Shown: positions 1 to 11,200 of the stretch, one piece after another
How the letters are laid out: the number at the start of each line of letters is the position of its first letter
How positions within the stretch are numbered: position 1 is the stretch's first letter
DNA from: Neoechinorhynchus agilis
Taxonomy: Eukaryota; Animalia; Acanthocephala
NCBI GenBank assembly: GCA_051530055.1
Contig: CM121341.1
Location: forward strand, 5,868,784 to 5,932,783
DNA length: 64,000 nucleotides
Direction of reading: 5' to 3'
Notes under the pieces: model-generated
The model's input: only the letters and a program-made list of their open reading frames with translations
Database searches by the model: none
What the model was told of the DNA's origin: nothing
Translations under genes and position numbers: made by a program

Positions 1-423
1 TATCTTTAATTTAGAGCGACAATCAGATCTTTATCTGCCGATCTAAATAGCATCTATAATTCGATTTTATAACAAAAATTAGAAATTGATGTCTTGATTC
101 TCAACAATTTTCATTGATATCACGACAGATTCAAGAAGTATTAAAACCTTCCCTTTAGACATTCCAAGTTCAATTTTGTCTTAAGCTTCAGGTTCTTGCT
201 ACTATGATGATTTAATAAGCTTTAGACTTTCAGCAACATCCAAATTATGTCCACTCACCTTCGTGAAGTCAAGATCAGCAAGCAACAATGATTATCTTTC
301 TTTGAATAACGAATTTTGCTTTCTCGAATACTCTTTGCATAGTTCAATTATGCGGATGAATAGTGAAAAATTCCAGTCCAGAAATTAATCGCACGGGAGA
401 TCGAAGTTCTTGTTCTGTTCTAA

Positions 424-870
424 AGCATTCAATGTTTTATTAATAATCCTATGGAAATTGAAAGGTATTTTCTATGTAAGAAGTATCGATTTCAATTTTG
501 CGTTCTTGGTTAAGTAGTGATATGATCTTTTTTTAGAATTTTTTATATGTGGCTCAGACGGTAGTCTTTTGATGGATTTTTCTCCATACACGGCCGAATG
601 GACACCCGCAGTCCACCGATTTTGGTCTGATCGGTGGACCGTGTGTCCATTCGACTGATATGATCATTAAAAAAACTGTCCAAAGAACAGTAAGCCAGAA
701 TTTGCAGTTGAATATCATCTTACCCCAACCTATAAAAATATACAGGGAATTGCCTTGTTGTATTGTCGACAATTCTTTGCCATCCAAGTTATTCTTATTT
801 ATCTTTTCCGAGGTTAAAATTCAACAGTTTTTATCTGCTTAAATGATGAAGGCAACCTTCGATGTGGGCA
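424..870 (-). pseudogene. Inverted, partially deleted copy of the 2338-2796 ORF, interrupted by a 128-bp insertion
   Basis: Reverse complement of 424-527 matches about 2710-2811 and of 654-870 matches about 2445-2721 (shared peptide LYIFIGWGKMIFNCKFWLTVLWTVFLMIISV), with internal deletions. Confidence 0.85.
528..655 (-). mobile_element. Short hairpin-containing insertion with 10-bp target-site duplication and A-rich end
   Basis: TGATATGATC occurs at both 518-527 and 656-665, but only once in the uninterrupted copy near 2710. Nested inverted repeats at 595-605/643-653 and 611-620/630-639. T-rich left end (A-tail on the minus strand). Confidence 0.75.
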
Positions 871-1611
871 TGGCTTTATTAAAAGCCCTCAACAGTGGTC
901 CAGAATCAACGAAGACTGGGACTGCGGTGACTTCTGTAAACGTCAATCTTAACCATCTTTTCTTCGAGTGTTTTTGTGAGTACCCAAAGATACATTGGTC
1001 CTTTCGTTTGTTAATTAACAAATGAACGTATTATTATAACCGTCAACCGTGTATCTGGGAGAGAAAACAGTCGGGATTTCGGTTTGTTCAAGAACATTGA
1101 CTATTTGGAAACCAATTAAAGTTAATTCAAAAACGAAGGAAAACTCAAACATATTGGATTATTCACCATTGTGCGCATAGCTTTATCGCCAAGAGAAAAT
1201 TACAAACTTAAAATTATAGTCCTCTAATGTCTATTGTTTTAATTAATTCTTAATATAGCCGAAAAACTTCGGAAAATATTTGCCAATTCACAGTATTTGA
1301 AACTATCTCTAAGCGAAATTGACTCAAGTAATTTTTATTTATCGAATATTTTCGACGTGGTTTAATTTTAATTGGACAAACTCGTGATTTCGCTACACTC
1401 GAAAAATTTGAAATCATAGGTACTTTGGATGTAGTTTACAAGATTGAAAGTCAATCAGTAGGACATTGAACGAATCTTAATGCGCGAAATCTGATTGGCT
1501 ACACGATACTAAGTGTTAATTCCTCATTCCATCAAGAATTACATAGAAGAAATTGCGAATAACACAGAAAACATTGCAACTACTCGTATTCGGATCAAAA
1601 AAAAGCTAAAA

Positions 1612-1962
1612 ATGGCAGGAAAATCAATTTTGAAGAAACTTGACATCCCTAAGGACGAACTAAAGGAAAGACGAAGAGTCATGTTCGCTGATGATTTCAA
1701 CATGCAATTAACAAAAGTGCATTTGTTTGAATATTGTCGAAAAACTACAACAGAATTGGAATTCTCGCAATGGTCGCGAATACGAATGTATAATTATAAC
1801 AGAACGCAAGCAAACTACGAGCGCCTTGCGAAGGAAATGGACAAAAACAAACAACTAGATAATGAAATTGCACAAAACAGTCATGAAAATAATTCAAATG
1901 ATGTCCCAAACACTTTTGGTAACCCAGATTCGAATGCTGATGAGCGCCCCAAGTTGCATTAA
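1612..1962 (+). CDS. Small putative PP1-interacting protein (SILK + RVxF motifs)
   Basis: First ATG of ORF 1513-1962 gives MAGKSILKK...KERRRVMFADDFNMQLTKVHLF, resembling the RVxFAD...L..V..F docking segment of PPP1R3-type subunits. No CBM21 domain follows. Confidence 0.5.
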   Translation: MAGKSILKKLDIPKDELKERRRVMFADDFNMQLTKVHLFEYCRKTTTELEFSQWSRIRMYNYNRTQANYERLAKEMDKNKQLDNEIAQNSHENNSNDVPNTFGNPDSNADERPKLH

Positions 1963-2337
1963 TAAAACAATCTTAAATTAATTGCTCTGTAATTAGAATT
2001 GATTAAATGACCACGCTTCAATTTGTTAATTATCGACAAAAAAACGCAATATTTTCACACTTTATTGATATATCTTTTAATGGATCTATTACTTCATTTC
2101 CGTTTGAGGGTACGTCAATCAACCAATCAAAAAAAGATCAATAACCCTATGGGATGCCGATAATTATTAACACTTAACGTGTGAGATATTTTCTTGAAGT
2201 TAATCTAATACCCAAATTGAAACGCATATATTCTATAGATTTGCTATCATACAATCGGCTCAAAACCTGAACGAGAATCGCTTATACAAAAAGCAACGCA
2301 ATATTTACTTTCGCAATACTAATAAAAAGAGATCGAC

Positions 2338-2796
2338 ATGTCGCTTTCAATTTCAAAGACGTGGGATTTACATCCAATCCTTGACAAAAAAACGAAGGTC
2401 TTATATATCCCAGATAAACCACAAAAATTTGTTCTTAAACGTGCCCACATCGAAAGTTGCCTTCATCATTTAAGCAGAGAAAAACTGTTGAATTTAAACT
2501 CGGAAAAGATAAATAAGAATAACTTAGATGGCAAAGAATTGGAACAATGTCGACAATACAACGAGGCAATTCAAAAAAGAAATAATCAAACCATGGCTAT
2601 ATTTTCTTTGATATTTTTTTCGTGGTTCCTGTATATTTTTATAGGTTGGGGTAAGATGATATTCAACTGCAAATTCTGGCTTACAGTTCTTTGGACAGTT
2701 TTTTTAATGATCATATCAGTACTTAACCAAGAACGCAAAATCGAAATCGATACTTCTTACATAGAAAACACCTTTCAATTTCCAGAGGATTATTAA
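2338..2796 (+). CDS. Hypothetical 152-aa protein with two predicted transmembrane segments
   Basis: Intact ATG-to-TAA ORF with hydrophobic stretches AIFSLIFFSWFLYIFIGW and FWLTVLWTVFLMIISVL; a decayed paralogous copy lies at 424-870. Confidence 0.5.
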   Translation: MSLSISKTWDLHPILDKKTKVLYIPDKPQKFVLKRAHIESCLHHLSREKLLNLNSEKINKNNLDGKELEQCRQYNEAIQKRNNQTMAIFSLIFFSWFLYIFIGWGKMIFNCKFWLTVLWTVFLMIISVLNQERKIEIDTSYIENTFQFPEDY

Positions 2797-2989
2797 AAAA
2801 AACATTGAATGCGTGTAAATGTTTATAATTAATTGTAATAAACAAAATAACGGATAGTACGGAGCCTGGCATAGTGTTTCTCTAAGCGATTTAAAGCCCA
2901 TAACACCGCTACTTGGGTGCAAGGAGCGAAAATATTCTCATTGTATTCACTTTATTAAAAATACCAAATGAAACTAATTCATTAAACAG

Positions 2990-3415
2990 CCAGTTAGTCT
3001 TTTGATGGATGTTTTTATTTTTCATACACGGTCCAATAAACACACACACAGTCCACCGATTCATTGGTTTGGACAGCGCTGGACGGCCATGAGTTTTGTA
3101 CATTCCTCTCCGGATTCTCAGATACCTCCCCAGGAGGAGGTGGGACTCATCAGTGAGTTTCCTCCTCCCTTCATCGAGGTATTTCGTCCCCTTTGGTTGT
3201 GCATCGTCAGCGGTCACGGATTTTGAACCCATTGACCCAACAACAACTGAAATGAGCAGGAACTTTAGTCCACTTGACCACCTCAGCACAACTACAGAAT
3301 GTACAAACTTCGCCACATATTTGATCTGATTTAAGCATTTTTATGGGTGCTTCAGCCGATAGTCGTTTTGATTGACATTTTTAAGATTTTTTCCATACGC
3401 GGCCGGATGGACACG
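2990..3415. mobile_element. Degenerate repeat-family remnant (hairpin-family terminus plus coding-like fragment)
   Basis: 2990-3075 and 3360-3415 share TCTTTTGATGGAT / CCATACACGG / CAGTCCACCGATT motifs with 555-625. 3111-3230 is similar to 34493-34603. Confidence 0.6.
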
Positions 3416-4182
3416 AGATTTTCAATGCCAATTTTCTATATACGTTTCTAGAATTTTATTGCATTTAATTACTATTTGATTAATTTCACATTTTGATTAT
3501 TTTTCTCCGAATTTTTAGGCGATTTAAAGAAAACATTTAAGAAATGTTCTTAATTTAGAGATAAGCTTGCGTAAAGAAAATAGATTTCCGAACTTGATTT
3601 GTAAATTCACGAAGCTCGTTTCGAGTAAAGTTTTTAGCTAATCTTCGAGAGTTAGCTTTCCGGTTCGCCATCGCCTTCTCTTTTAAAAAAAGACACAGAT
3701 TGGCTAGAACTGCATTGGATGTGTCATAATGGATTAATTCTGATGTACGTTTCTTTGTAAATATCGCGCTGCTATTGATCAAATTGAAATTTCGGTCTTA
3801 GAGATTTCATCGTGATAAATGAGAATGTTGAGCGAACTTGTGAATTAATTTTTTTGGAACATAAAAAATTGTGCAAGATGCTTAGGAAAGTTTAAGAGCT
3901 CGCAGATTAAAAAAAGACATTGGTGGGAATATTTGCGCATTTTTAGTGTAGAATGCGGAAAAACCACAAATTTAGTCATTTTCTAGATGAGAGTTGGTGT
4001 GAGTCAAATGTCTTTACTTAAAATTGAGTTATCCATGCTAATAGAAAAAAAACTCTTTGAGTCATATAAGGTTACATGAATAAGGCGCCATCTTAGGTGA
4101 GCAACGTAGAGGTATATGTTGAGGAGAGCTGTGATAATACTAAGAAGTCAAAAAGTTCACATAAGTCTACATCGTCTACAAA

Positions 4183-4788
4183 ATGGGGTCGGAATTTCTT
4201 AGTCAAAAATACGAATGGTTGTTCGGATTTTTCGATAACTCTAAGAATGGATCAATCGATATGAATGATTTCATAGCTAGAGCCGAAAGAGTAACAGAGT
4301 CAATTAAGCAATTCTACGAGCAACAGGAAGGCGGTCAAGTGTTCATAGATGAAAATATTGAGAAGATCAGGGAAGCGCAGCGTCAAGCTCACGAAGAGTT
4401 TTTCAACCATCTCTGTTCGGAGATCGATAAGAGTGGAGACGCTCGTATTTCAACAAATGAATGGTTTGCTTTCTGCGATAAGATTAGAGAACACGTTTCA
4501 GCCACTGGCACACTTCCAGAATGGTTTGGTGGCATTCTTAATAATTATTACGACAATGTCCTTGATTTTGATGGAAGTGGATATATCGATTTATATGAGC
4601 TTTCGTTTATGGGCGATGCCCCTCTTGATGTTGCCTGGTATTGCTTTAACTTTCTTACAGAAGGAGGTCAAAAACCATTAACGAAGGAAGCTTTCGTGAA
4701 CTATACTTCAAATTATTTATCGAACGATGATCCCTCAGACCCCAGTAGGTATATGTTTGGTTTCGTACAATTACCAGCACAATCGTAG
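4183..4788 (+). CDS. Calexcitin / sarcoplasmic calcium-binding protein-like EF-hand protein (intronless)
   Basis: EF-hand loops DNSKNGSIDMND, DKSGDARISTNE, DFDGSGYIDLYE, with a degenerate fourth site. LPEW, LTEGG..LTKEAF and the C-terminal DDP...YMFG match the calexcitin/SCP pattern. Confidence 0.85.
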   Translation: MGSEFLSQKYEWLFGFFDNSKNGSIDMNDFIARAERVTESIKQFYEQQEGGQVFIDENIEKIREAQRQAHEEFFNHLCSEIDKSGDARISTNEWFAFCDKIREHVSATGTLPEWFGGILNNYYDNVLDFDGSGYIDLYELSFMGDAPLDVAWYCFNFLTEGGQKPLTKEAFVNYTSNYLSNDDPSDPSRYMFGFVQLPAQS

Positions 4789-4821
4789 ACATGGAAATGA
4801 TTGGCATTTTATAATCATTGC

Positions 4822-7800
4822 CTAATGATCTTTATTATCTGATAAATCAGGTTTTTGTTGCGTTAAAAGCAGAGTCTTCTTAATATCAGTTATTTCGACC
4901 TCAAGATCGGCTGCTTTGTCCTTGAGGAGGTTCCTGGCTGCGCATATAATCTCCTTAGCTGCTTTTCGAGTCAAATGATCAATGGACGTCGATAGCGTTT
5001 CAGGGTTAGATTTAACGAGATCCGTTAAAGTCTTGAACCCCGCATTGTAGAGCTGTCGCGCTCTGCCTTTTTTGACATAAGGAAGTTCCATTAATGAAAT
5101 TATCTCTGGTGTAGAACAATGGGTCAAGGTCTGAATAAATGTAGGTAAAATGTACCCGAAAGGCCAATACAGTTCTTCTTGGAAGTGTTCGCAAAACCTG
5201 AGAATGGCATTAGCCATCGATTGGGTGGAGTGAATCAAGGTCTGAACGTATCCACGCGACATTCGGTATCGGTCTGTAATGTACCAAAACGATTTTCCTG
5301 AAAAAATTTCGTAGATCGCCAAGGCTAGATACATTCTTTTAATTTCAGGCATGCACATTGACGACGATTTGTGGAGAGTTGTTAGTCCACTACCGATCTG
5401 ACAAGCAATATTTGTTTCGGTTAAGTTGGCAGCAAGTTGGCACACTCGTTTGTTGGACGGTGTCAGTGATGAAAACACGGAGTGGAGGTTGGACCAGGAG
5501 AATTTTAGGTAGCAGAGGAAATCCCCAATGAAGATGTTAAGGTCTTTAGTCAAAGTTCGATGATTTTGATTTAAAAATAAGATTTAAAGAGAAGCTACCA
5601 TGGAAAACTACACTTTATAAAAGAGGAGGAAGTGATCGGTTATATAAGCGATCGATCCTAATAAAGAGTAGAAATTTAATAATTGCAACGAGTGGAGCCC
5701 AAAATAGAAGACAAAAAAAGACGAAGCCCATTTATCGTTAGATTTCTCCTGTATTTATCAGATTCGCATGAAACTATAGCCGATTCAGGAATGACAAGAA
5801 AAATCAGATGTAAATGAGAGGACAACACAAGACAATCGGCACCATGTTTGAGCCTGGAGTAGACGGCTTTGGCTTCCTCGTAGCTCAATCGACTAGCAAA
5901 CAACGCCTTACCCAAATTGGTGACTTTGATTCTGGCACTATCGATTTCGTCCGTAGTCAGAAGTTTCTTTTGTTTAAGCCAACTAAAGGCATCCATGAAT
6001 TTTCGCAGGAAATCTTCAAATTTCTCCGTGGATTCCTTCAATTGCGAACCCATTAAAGTCATTTCAGCAACCTCAGCAATGTCTGCCTCAGTTTGAACGA
6101 ACTCCAAAACGACTAGATTCAGAATAAATTGATCGAACCCAGCGGTGAAGCGACTCTTAATGGCGCACTGGTCGGTTGCATCATTATTAAACATTTCAAT
6201 CACGCTTGGATGCTTTGAGAACGGTGAACAATCATCATAGATAAAACACTCTCCACCTCGATCGCACATTTGAGCGCGTCCAGCCCTTCCAGCCATTTGT
6301 TTGTATTGACTGTATGTTACGATTCGTAGATCTCTGATTACGAACAGAAATCTTCGAAAACTAATCGATTGATTCCGGAAAACGGGGCTCGGATAATGAC
6401 TCGTTGTGCAGGAAGGTTAACTCCGGCTGAAAGAGTTGTTGTACACACCAAGACGCAAAGTACCCCCGATGCAAATCCGCTTTCTATCAAACGTCTTTCT
6501 TCAACGGTAAGTCCGCCGTGGTGATAGGCCACTCCCATAAGGATCGTCTTTTCAAGTAGTGGACATATTCGAGCGCAGTCGCTATCTATTCGAATCGAAG
6601 CCAACAATTGCTTTTTCTGTTCACTTTTGAATTTTGAAAACGACGATGGTATCATGTTCGAGATGAGTCTAGCCAAAGATTCACAATGATTCCGAGTTGG
6701 ACAAAAGATCAGGCAACCCGCATTCGGAATAACTTCAGATAATAGAACCATTATTCTGTCGGGATCATCCCTGAGCATTTGCTTGTTGTAATCTATCAGC
6801 GATCGATTTTTTTTCAAGCTTTGTACCGGGTAAAGTTCAATCCAACGCCTAACACTAATTGACTATTGTTTTTCCCAATAAAATCAGTCGCGTTTTCAAT
6901 TCGGTTAAAATCATACCACATATGGACGCGATCATTTTAGTCCGATTTTACTGTCGGGGGGGATGAATTAAGTCGTTAATGCGCGAATTAATTGGGATCG
7001 AGGTGTTTTTCAGGAAACCCCAACACAGTTATTTAAAAAAGAATTAATTTTTAACTCTATTGTATAAAAATCACTTAGCCTGTTAAACATTGTCTTCATG
7101 TTTGTTTTCGCTGCACCTTTAATTATCTTGTAGAAGAAGGAAAAACCGGATAAAAGTCGACGTTGCAGTGTATTTTTCTATCGCAAAAACACGGATCCTA
7201 GTTTGTTTTTTAAAATCGATCGCCTTAAACCGATATATCGGGCAAACTCCACACGTCTCATGCCCTTATTTTTCTTCACGACCCTATGAACTTCATTTCG
7301 CTTCATACAAACAAACTCACTGAGATTGACAGGTCGGAAATGATATCGTAAATCGGTACTAACGTTCAAGAAAGTGCCCAAGTGATTGTCATAGTCAAGA
7401 GTGGCACTCATGCTCAAGATTCTCAAATGTGAGTTCAGTTTCATTTGAACAAGTCTGATTTTAGTGAGAAGACGTTCAATCGTCGGTCCTCGTTTTTCCT
7501 CATTGAGCATGTGTATTTCATCAAAGACGGCCAGTCCGACCGTCTTCATTTTGTTCATCAAAATGAGATGATCACACAAAAGATCCGCTTTCTCGATGGT
7601 GCAAACGAAAAGCGACCGGCTCCGTCGTCTTATATTGGGCGGAATTCGGCCTTTTAGACCGGCATATTCTTCGAGATGGAAATCGAATCGGTCTGCTATT
7701 GCACCCAACTGACGAATGCGTTCCTGAACAAGGGAAATAAAGGGCAAAACCAATACCACATCTCGGCGTTCATTCCTATCAATAGACACGAGATATCGGA

Positions 7801-8002
7801 GAGCCAAAATCTCCGATATCAAAGTTTTTCCTCCACTTGTAGGAAGGCACAGAAGTACACTCTCTTCTGGAACTTTACTGATTTTGTCAAGACAATCACA
7901 TTGCCAATCGTATAGGAAATCAATATTGCGCTCTTTGAACAGGAAACTAATCACTTCAAGGGGAACTCCAACCACTTTCGATATGTGCGCCTTATCCATC
8001 AT
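4822..8002 (-). CDS. HELQ: HELQ (POLQ-like Ski2-family DNA helicase), multi-exon
   Basis: Walker A LPTSGGKT, DEIH, MSATL, GVAYHHGGL, CTTTLSAGVNLPA, QMAGRAGR; C-terminal GRARQLYNAGF...IDHLTRKAAKEII matches HELQ; no polymerase domain. Exact splice junctions at about 6300, 5550-5700 and 6830-7190 not resolved. Confidence 0.93.
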
Positions 8003-8249
8003 TGAACCGCATTCTAATACTCAAAATTGAATTAATTACCGTTTTTCCGTGTACAATGACGTGCTCTCAAATCAATAGTTGGTATCGATCGGTATTGAGT
8101 TCTTTTTTTCAACTCACAAATAATCACTGAATTCGAACTCACATGGAAAGCGTAGAAAAAGAGCAAAAAAGTGCTCTTCTAGCGAATAAGAAAACAATTC
8201 TTGTTTTTTTGAAGAATAAAACATTATTAGTGCTTAATCTCCATTTCGC

Positions 8250-9330
8250 GCCGGAATGCTTGCCGAGTTGCCTCTCAACATGGCAACCCGAAGGCGTCGC
8301 TTCAGATCTCTCAGAAGTTGAAGAGCCTCGCTACCAAGAGATCCGTAGGTCTCAACCCCAAAAGGTGCAAACTCATGGCTAAAATCGAGGTATTTCGCAT
8401 TTTCCGCCTTTCCACAGTGCTCACTGCACCTCCAGCTTGAATCACCGAGAACTTGAGATTGCTGGCCTCGAGTTTATCGACACAAATGGCGTCCCAGAGG
8501 AGGCATTTACACTCCAGGTCTACGCCCGTCGTCCTTACAGAGGATTTCGGAATGTCTTGCGAATCTGCCGGCTGATTTCCTACAGATGAGACCACGACGT
8601 CCCGACGAATCCACATTTTCACCGCATCGGCAACGGTGGGGATGACACATCGGTTGTCCTCGTCTCATTGAAACTCCGACCCGTACAGCCTCATCGGAGA
8701 ATACCCTCGGATGCCAGCGGGACCGTGGATTCTCCAGTGGAGACTGCCAACAACCTGGCACGGACAACGTCGTCGCTTGAGTCTGATAAGCGAGAGAGCT
8801 TTGAACTCTTGCGACGAGAGGTCACACAGATTGTTTTTGGCGACCGGAGTTGGTCAGTGTACACCACCCACTGATTCCCTCTTCAAAATGGCTATCAATA
8901 CGATAAGTAGATTTCAAAACGCGCTGAACTCCGCTTCCCTCGTAGGAGCCTAAAAATGCGGGCATGGATATGTCTGCTGTTTTCCGGATACCCAACCCGC
9001 CAGAAGATACAGGCATGGATGCTCGTCGCCATGCCTCTTCTGATAGCTGGACATTTAAAACTTGCTCGAGACAATCTAACTTGCCAAGTTGAACTTTGTG
9101 CTTGAAGAACGGCGCAGTGTGTAGAACATAAAGGAAGTTGGGGATGAAGAGGGCACTCTTTATCAAGAACAAAGCCTCTTGTGATCCAAGCTCACGGACC
9201 CTATCGCAAAACACCGATAATTTCTTTAGAAGCCTCTTAATTTCGTTTTCTACATTCCTATCAAAGACGCAACCGCTCAAAAGCCGGTCTACGTCGATCA
9301 TTTCTATTCGTGGAGCAACAGAGCAGCATT
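8250..9330 (-). mobile_element. Decayed CRE-clade non-LTR retrotransposon (post-RT region, Zn knuckle, RLE endonuclease)
   Basis: Frameshifted pieces read ASMPVSSGGLGIR, HPHRCRCGENVD..G..C..SAGRFARH, LLWDAICVD and RRLRVAMLRGNSAS, typical of CRE/RLE-type elements. Confidence 0.85.
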
Positions 9331-10696
9331 AACCATCAAAATGGATAATCACATGTTTTTGGTGTGAAAAATGTCGGCTGCGATTTTGTAGTGCTAATCA
9401 ATTGTCTAACAATTAATAAACATTAGTAAATATAATTCATAATTGAAGTTTTTGTGTTATATTTTTAAAACGATGCAGTCGCACATCGTATTGTCAGTGA
9501 ATAAATTTCTTTTATTTGCTTAAAAACAAATTGATTTTGTGTTTTTAAGTATTTCTCACGAATATCTATTTAAAGAAATCAGCGAATACGCAAAGGACCG
9601 GTGTACGCGTTTGTATTTTAATCAATGTTTATCCTGCTTAGTCGCAGTTTCGAACCATCGTGGTGTTTTTATCGACATTTTGGCACGTTTTATCTGTAGA
9701 CGATGAGACTGTAACTTTTGAACTCGCGATTTAAAACTACTTTTACTGCCGATACTCTTAACACGATATACTGATTAAGGTTAACTCTTCAAGAACGTTT
9801 GGTCGATATTCTGGCACCATTTTTAAGTGCGTTTCAAAGTGGCCTTACTTTTGTTCGAGCAAAACAACTGAGCGCTTTAAGTAGGTTTTACCTTAACTTT
9901 TTTGTAATTGTTTTATAGCAGACAGATGTGACGTTAATAGTTTCGCCTAAATCAGGATACTTTTCCACATACATTCAGTTCTGTTTCCTACATTCCTGTT
10001 AAAGTCGAAATTTATGATTTTTATTCAGTCACAAAAAAAATCTTTCTTAAATGAGAAAAATTTGCGAAACGTTTGGGGAAAAAGATGAAGATAAAGTGCA
10101 CAAGTAATCGTCGACTACTGAATCGCGTATACTTGTGAAGACATTGGTGATTGAACAAAGGTCTTTTGAGTTGTTGAAAGCTTAAACGTAAAATGCAAAA
10201 AAGTTAACTTTATCTCGCAGTCTTTACAAAGTGCATTAGGCAGAAAAAATAATATTGGTCCATTTTCAATTATGTAAGCGAATCAAAAGTCAAAATGAAT
10301 GTCAAGCAGCGACGGATTTGCGTGTGTATTTACGCCCAGGATTGTTTATTGAATAAGAATCTTATCTCCAAAAATGATGAAATCTATTTAAAGTAAAGAA
10401 TTTTTTGCTTTAGTTAGGAAATCGGCTTCAAACATGAAAGCCTTTATAGTACGCGAAATTAAAAGAAGTCCATAATTTTATAAGAGCTTCAATTAAATTC
10501 GATGGTCAAAAAATAGCGAAAACGGCTTTACCCAATAAAAAGCTGTACAAATGGGCATATCTCAAATAATATCCACTCTTCTTTGTTTTTCTGCTAAAAT
10601 GATATTACTCTCACGTGCTCAAGATAAACAACAAAGCGCCCCAACTCATATAACATCGCGAACTGCAGTATTTGCCTGAGTTAGAGACTTCATAAA

Positions 10697-11200
10697 ATGC
10701 CAATACAAAAAATTGATTCAAAAGATATTTCTTCGCCAGCAAATACTTCAACTGCATCAACATTGGATATTAGCGAAATTCTAAATATAGCACAGGGAAT
10801 CGAAGATTCCAAGGAATGTACGCCCAAAAAAGTTGATGCTGCTGAAACATCAGAGCAAGAAGATAATAGTGAAGTGGTTCCTATTCATATTTCTTCGCCA
10901 GCAAATACTTCAACTGCATCAACATTGGATATTAGCGAAATTCTAAATATAGCACAGGGAATCGAAGATTCCAAGGAATGTACGCCCAAAAAAGTTGATG
11001 CTGCTGAAACATCAGAGCAAGAAGATAATAGTGAAGTGGTTCCTATTCATATTTTTACCAAAAAATGCTGGTACATTTGCTACCTATGCAGAAGTAAACT
11101 TAAACTTTCCACATCGAAAATGCCTTTGTGCAGTCGCTGTGGATCGAAGATTTTGTTGAAGACAAGGATTTATCCAGTAATGGCCTATAATGGTCGGTAA
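10697..11200 (+). CDS. RPB12/RPABC4-like zinc-ribbon protein with long acidic N-terminal extension
   Basis: C-terminal WYICYLC-x13-CSRCGSKILLKTRIYPVMAYNGR-stop aligns without gaps to the RPB12 pattern YICxxC-x13-CxxCGxRIxxKxR...FDAR-stop. Confidence 0.75.
   Translation: MPIQKIDSKDISSPANTSTASTLDISEILNIAQGIEDSKECTPKKVDAAETSEQEDNSEVVPIHISSPANTSTASTLDISEILNIAQGIEDSKECTPKKVDAAETSEQEDNSEVVPIHIFTKKCWYICYLCRSKLKLSTSKMPLCSRCGSKILLKTRIYPVMAYNGR
10725..11054 (+). repeat. Exact in-frame 162-bp tandem duplication (54 aa x2)
   Basis: Units start at 10725 and 10887; 6-bp ATATTT overlap at the end (11049-11054). Confidence 0.97.

Noticed and set aside
4822-8002. DNA polymerase theta
   Set aside because: No polymerase domain; the C-terminus matches HELQ and the gene ends at 4822.
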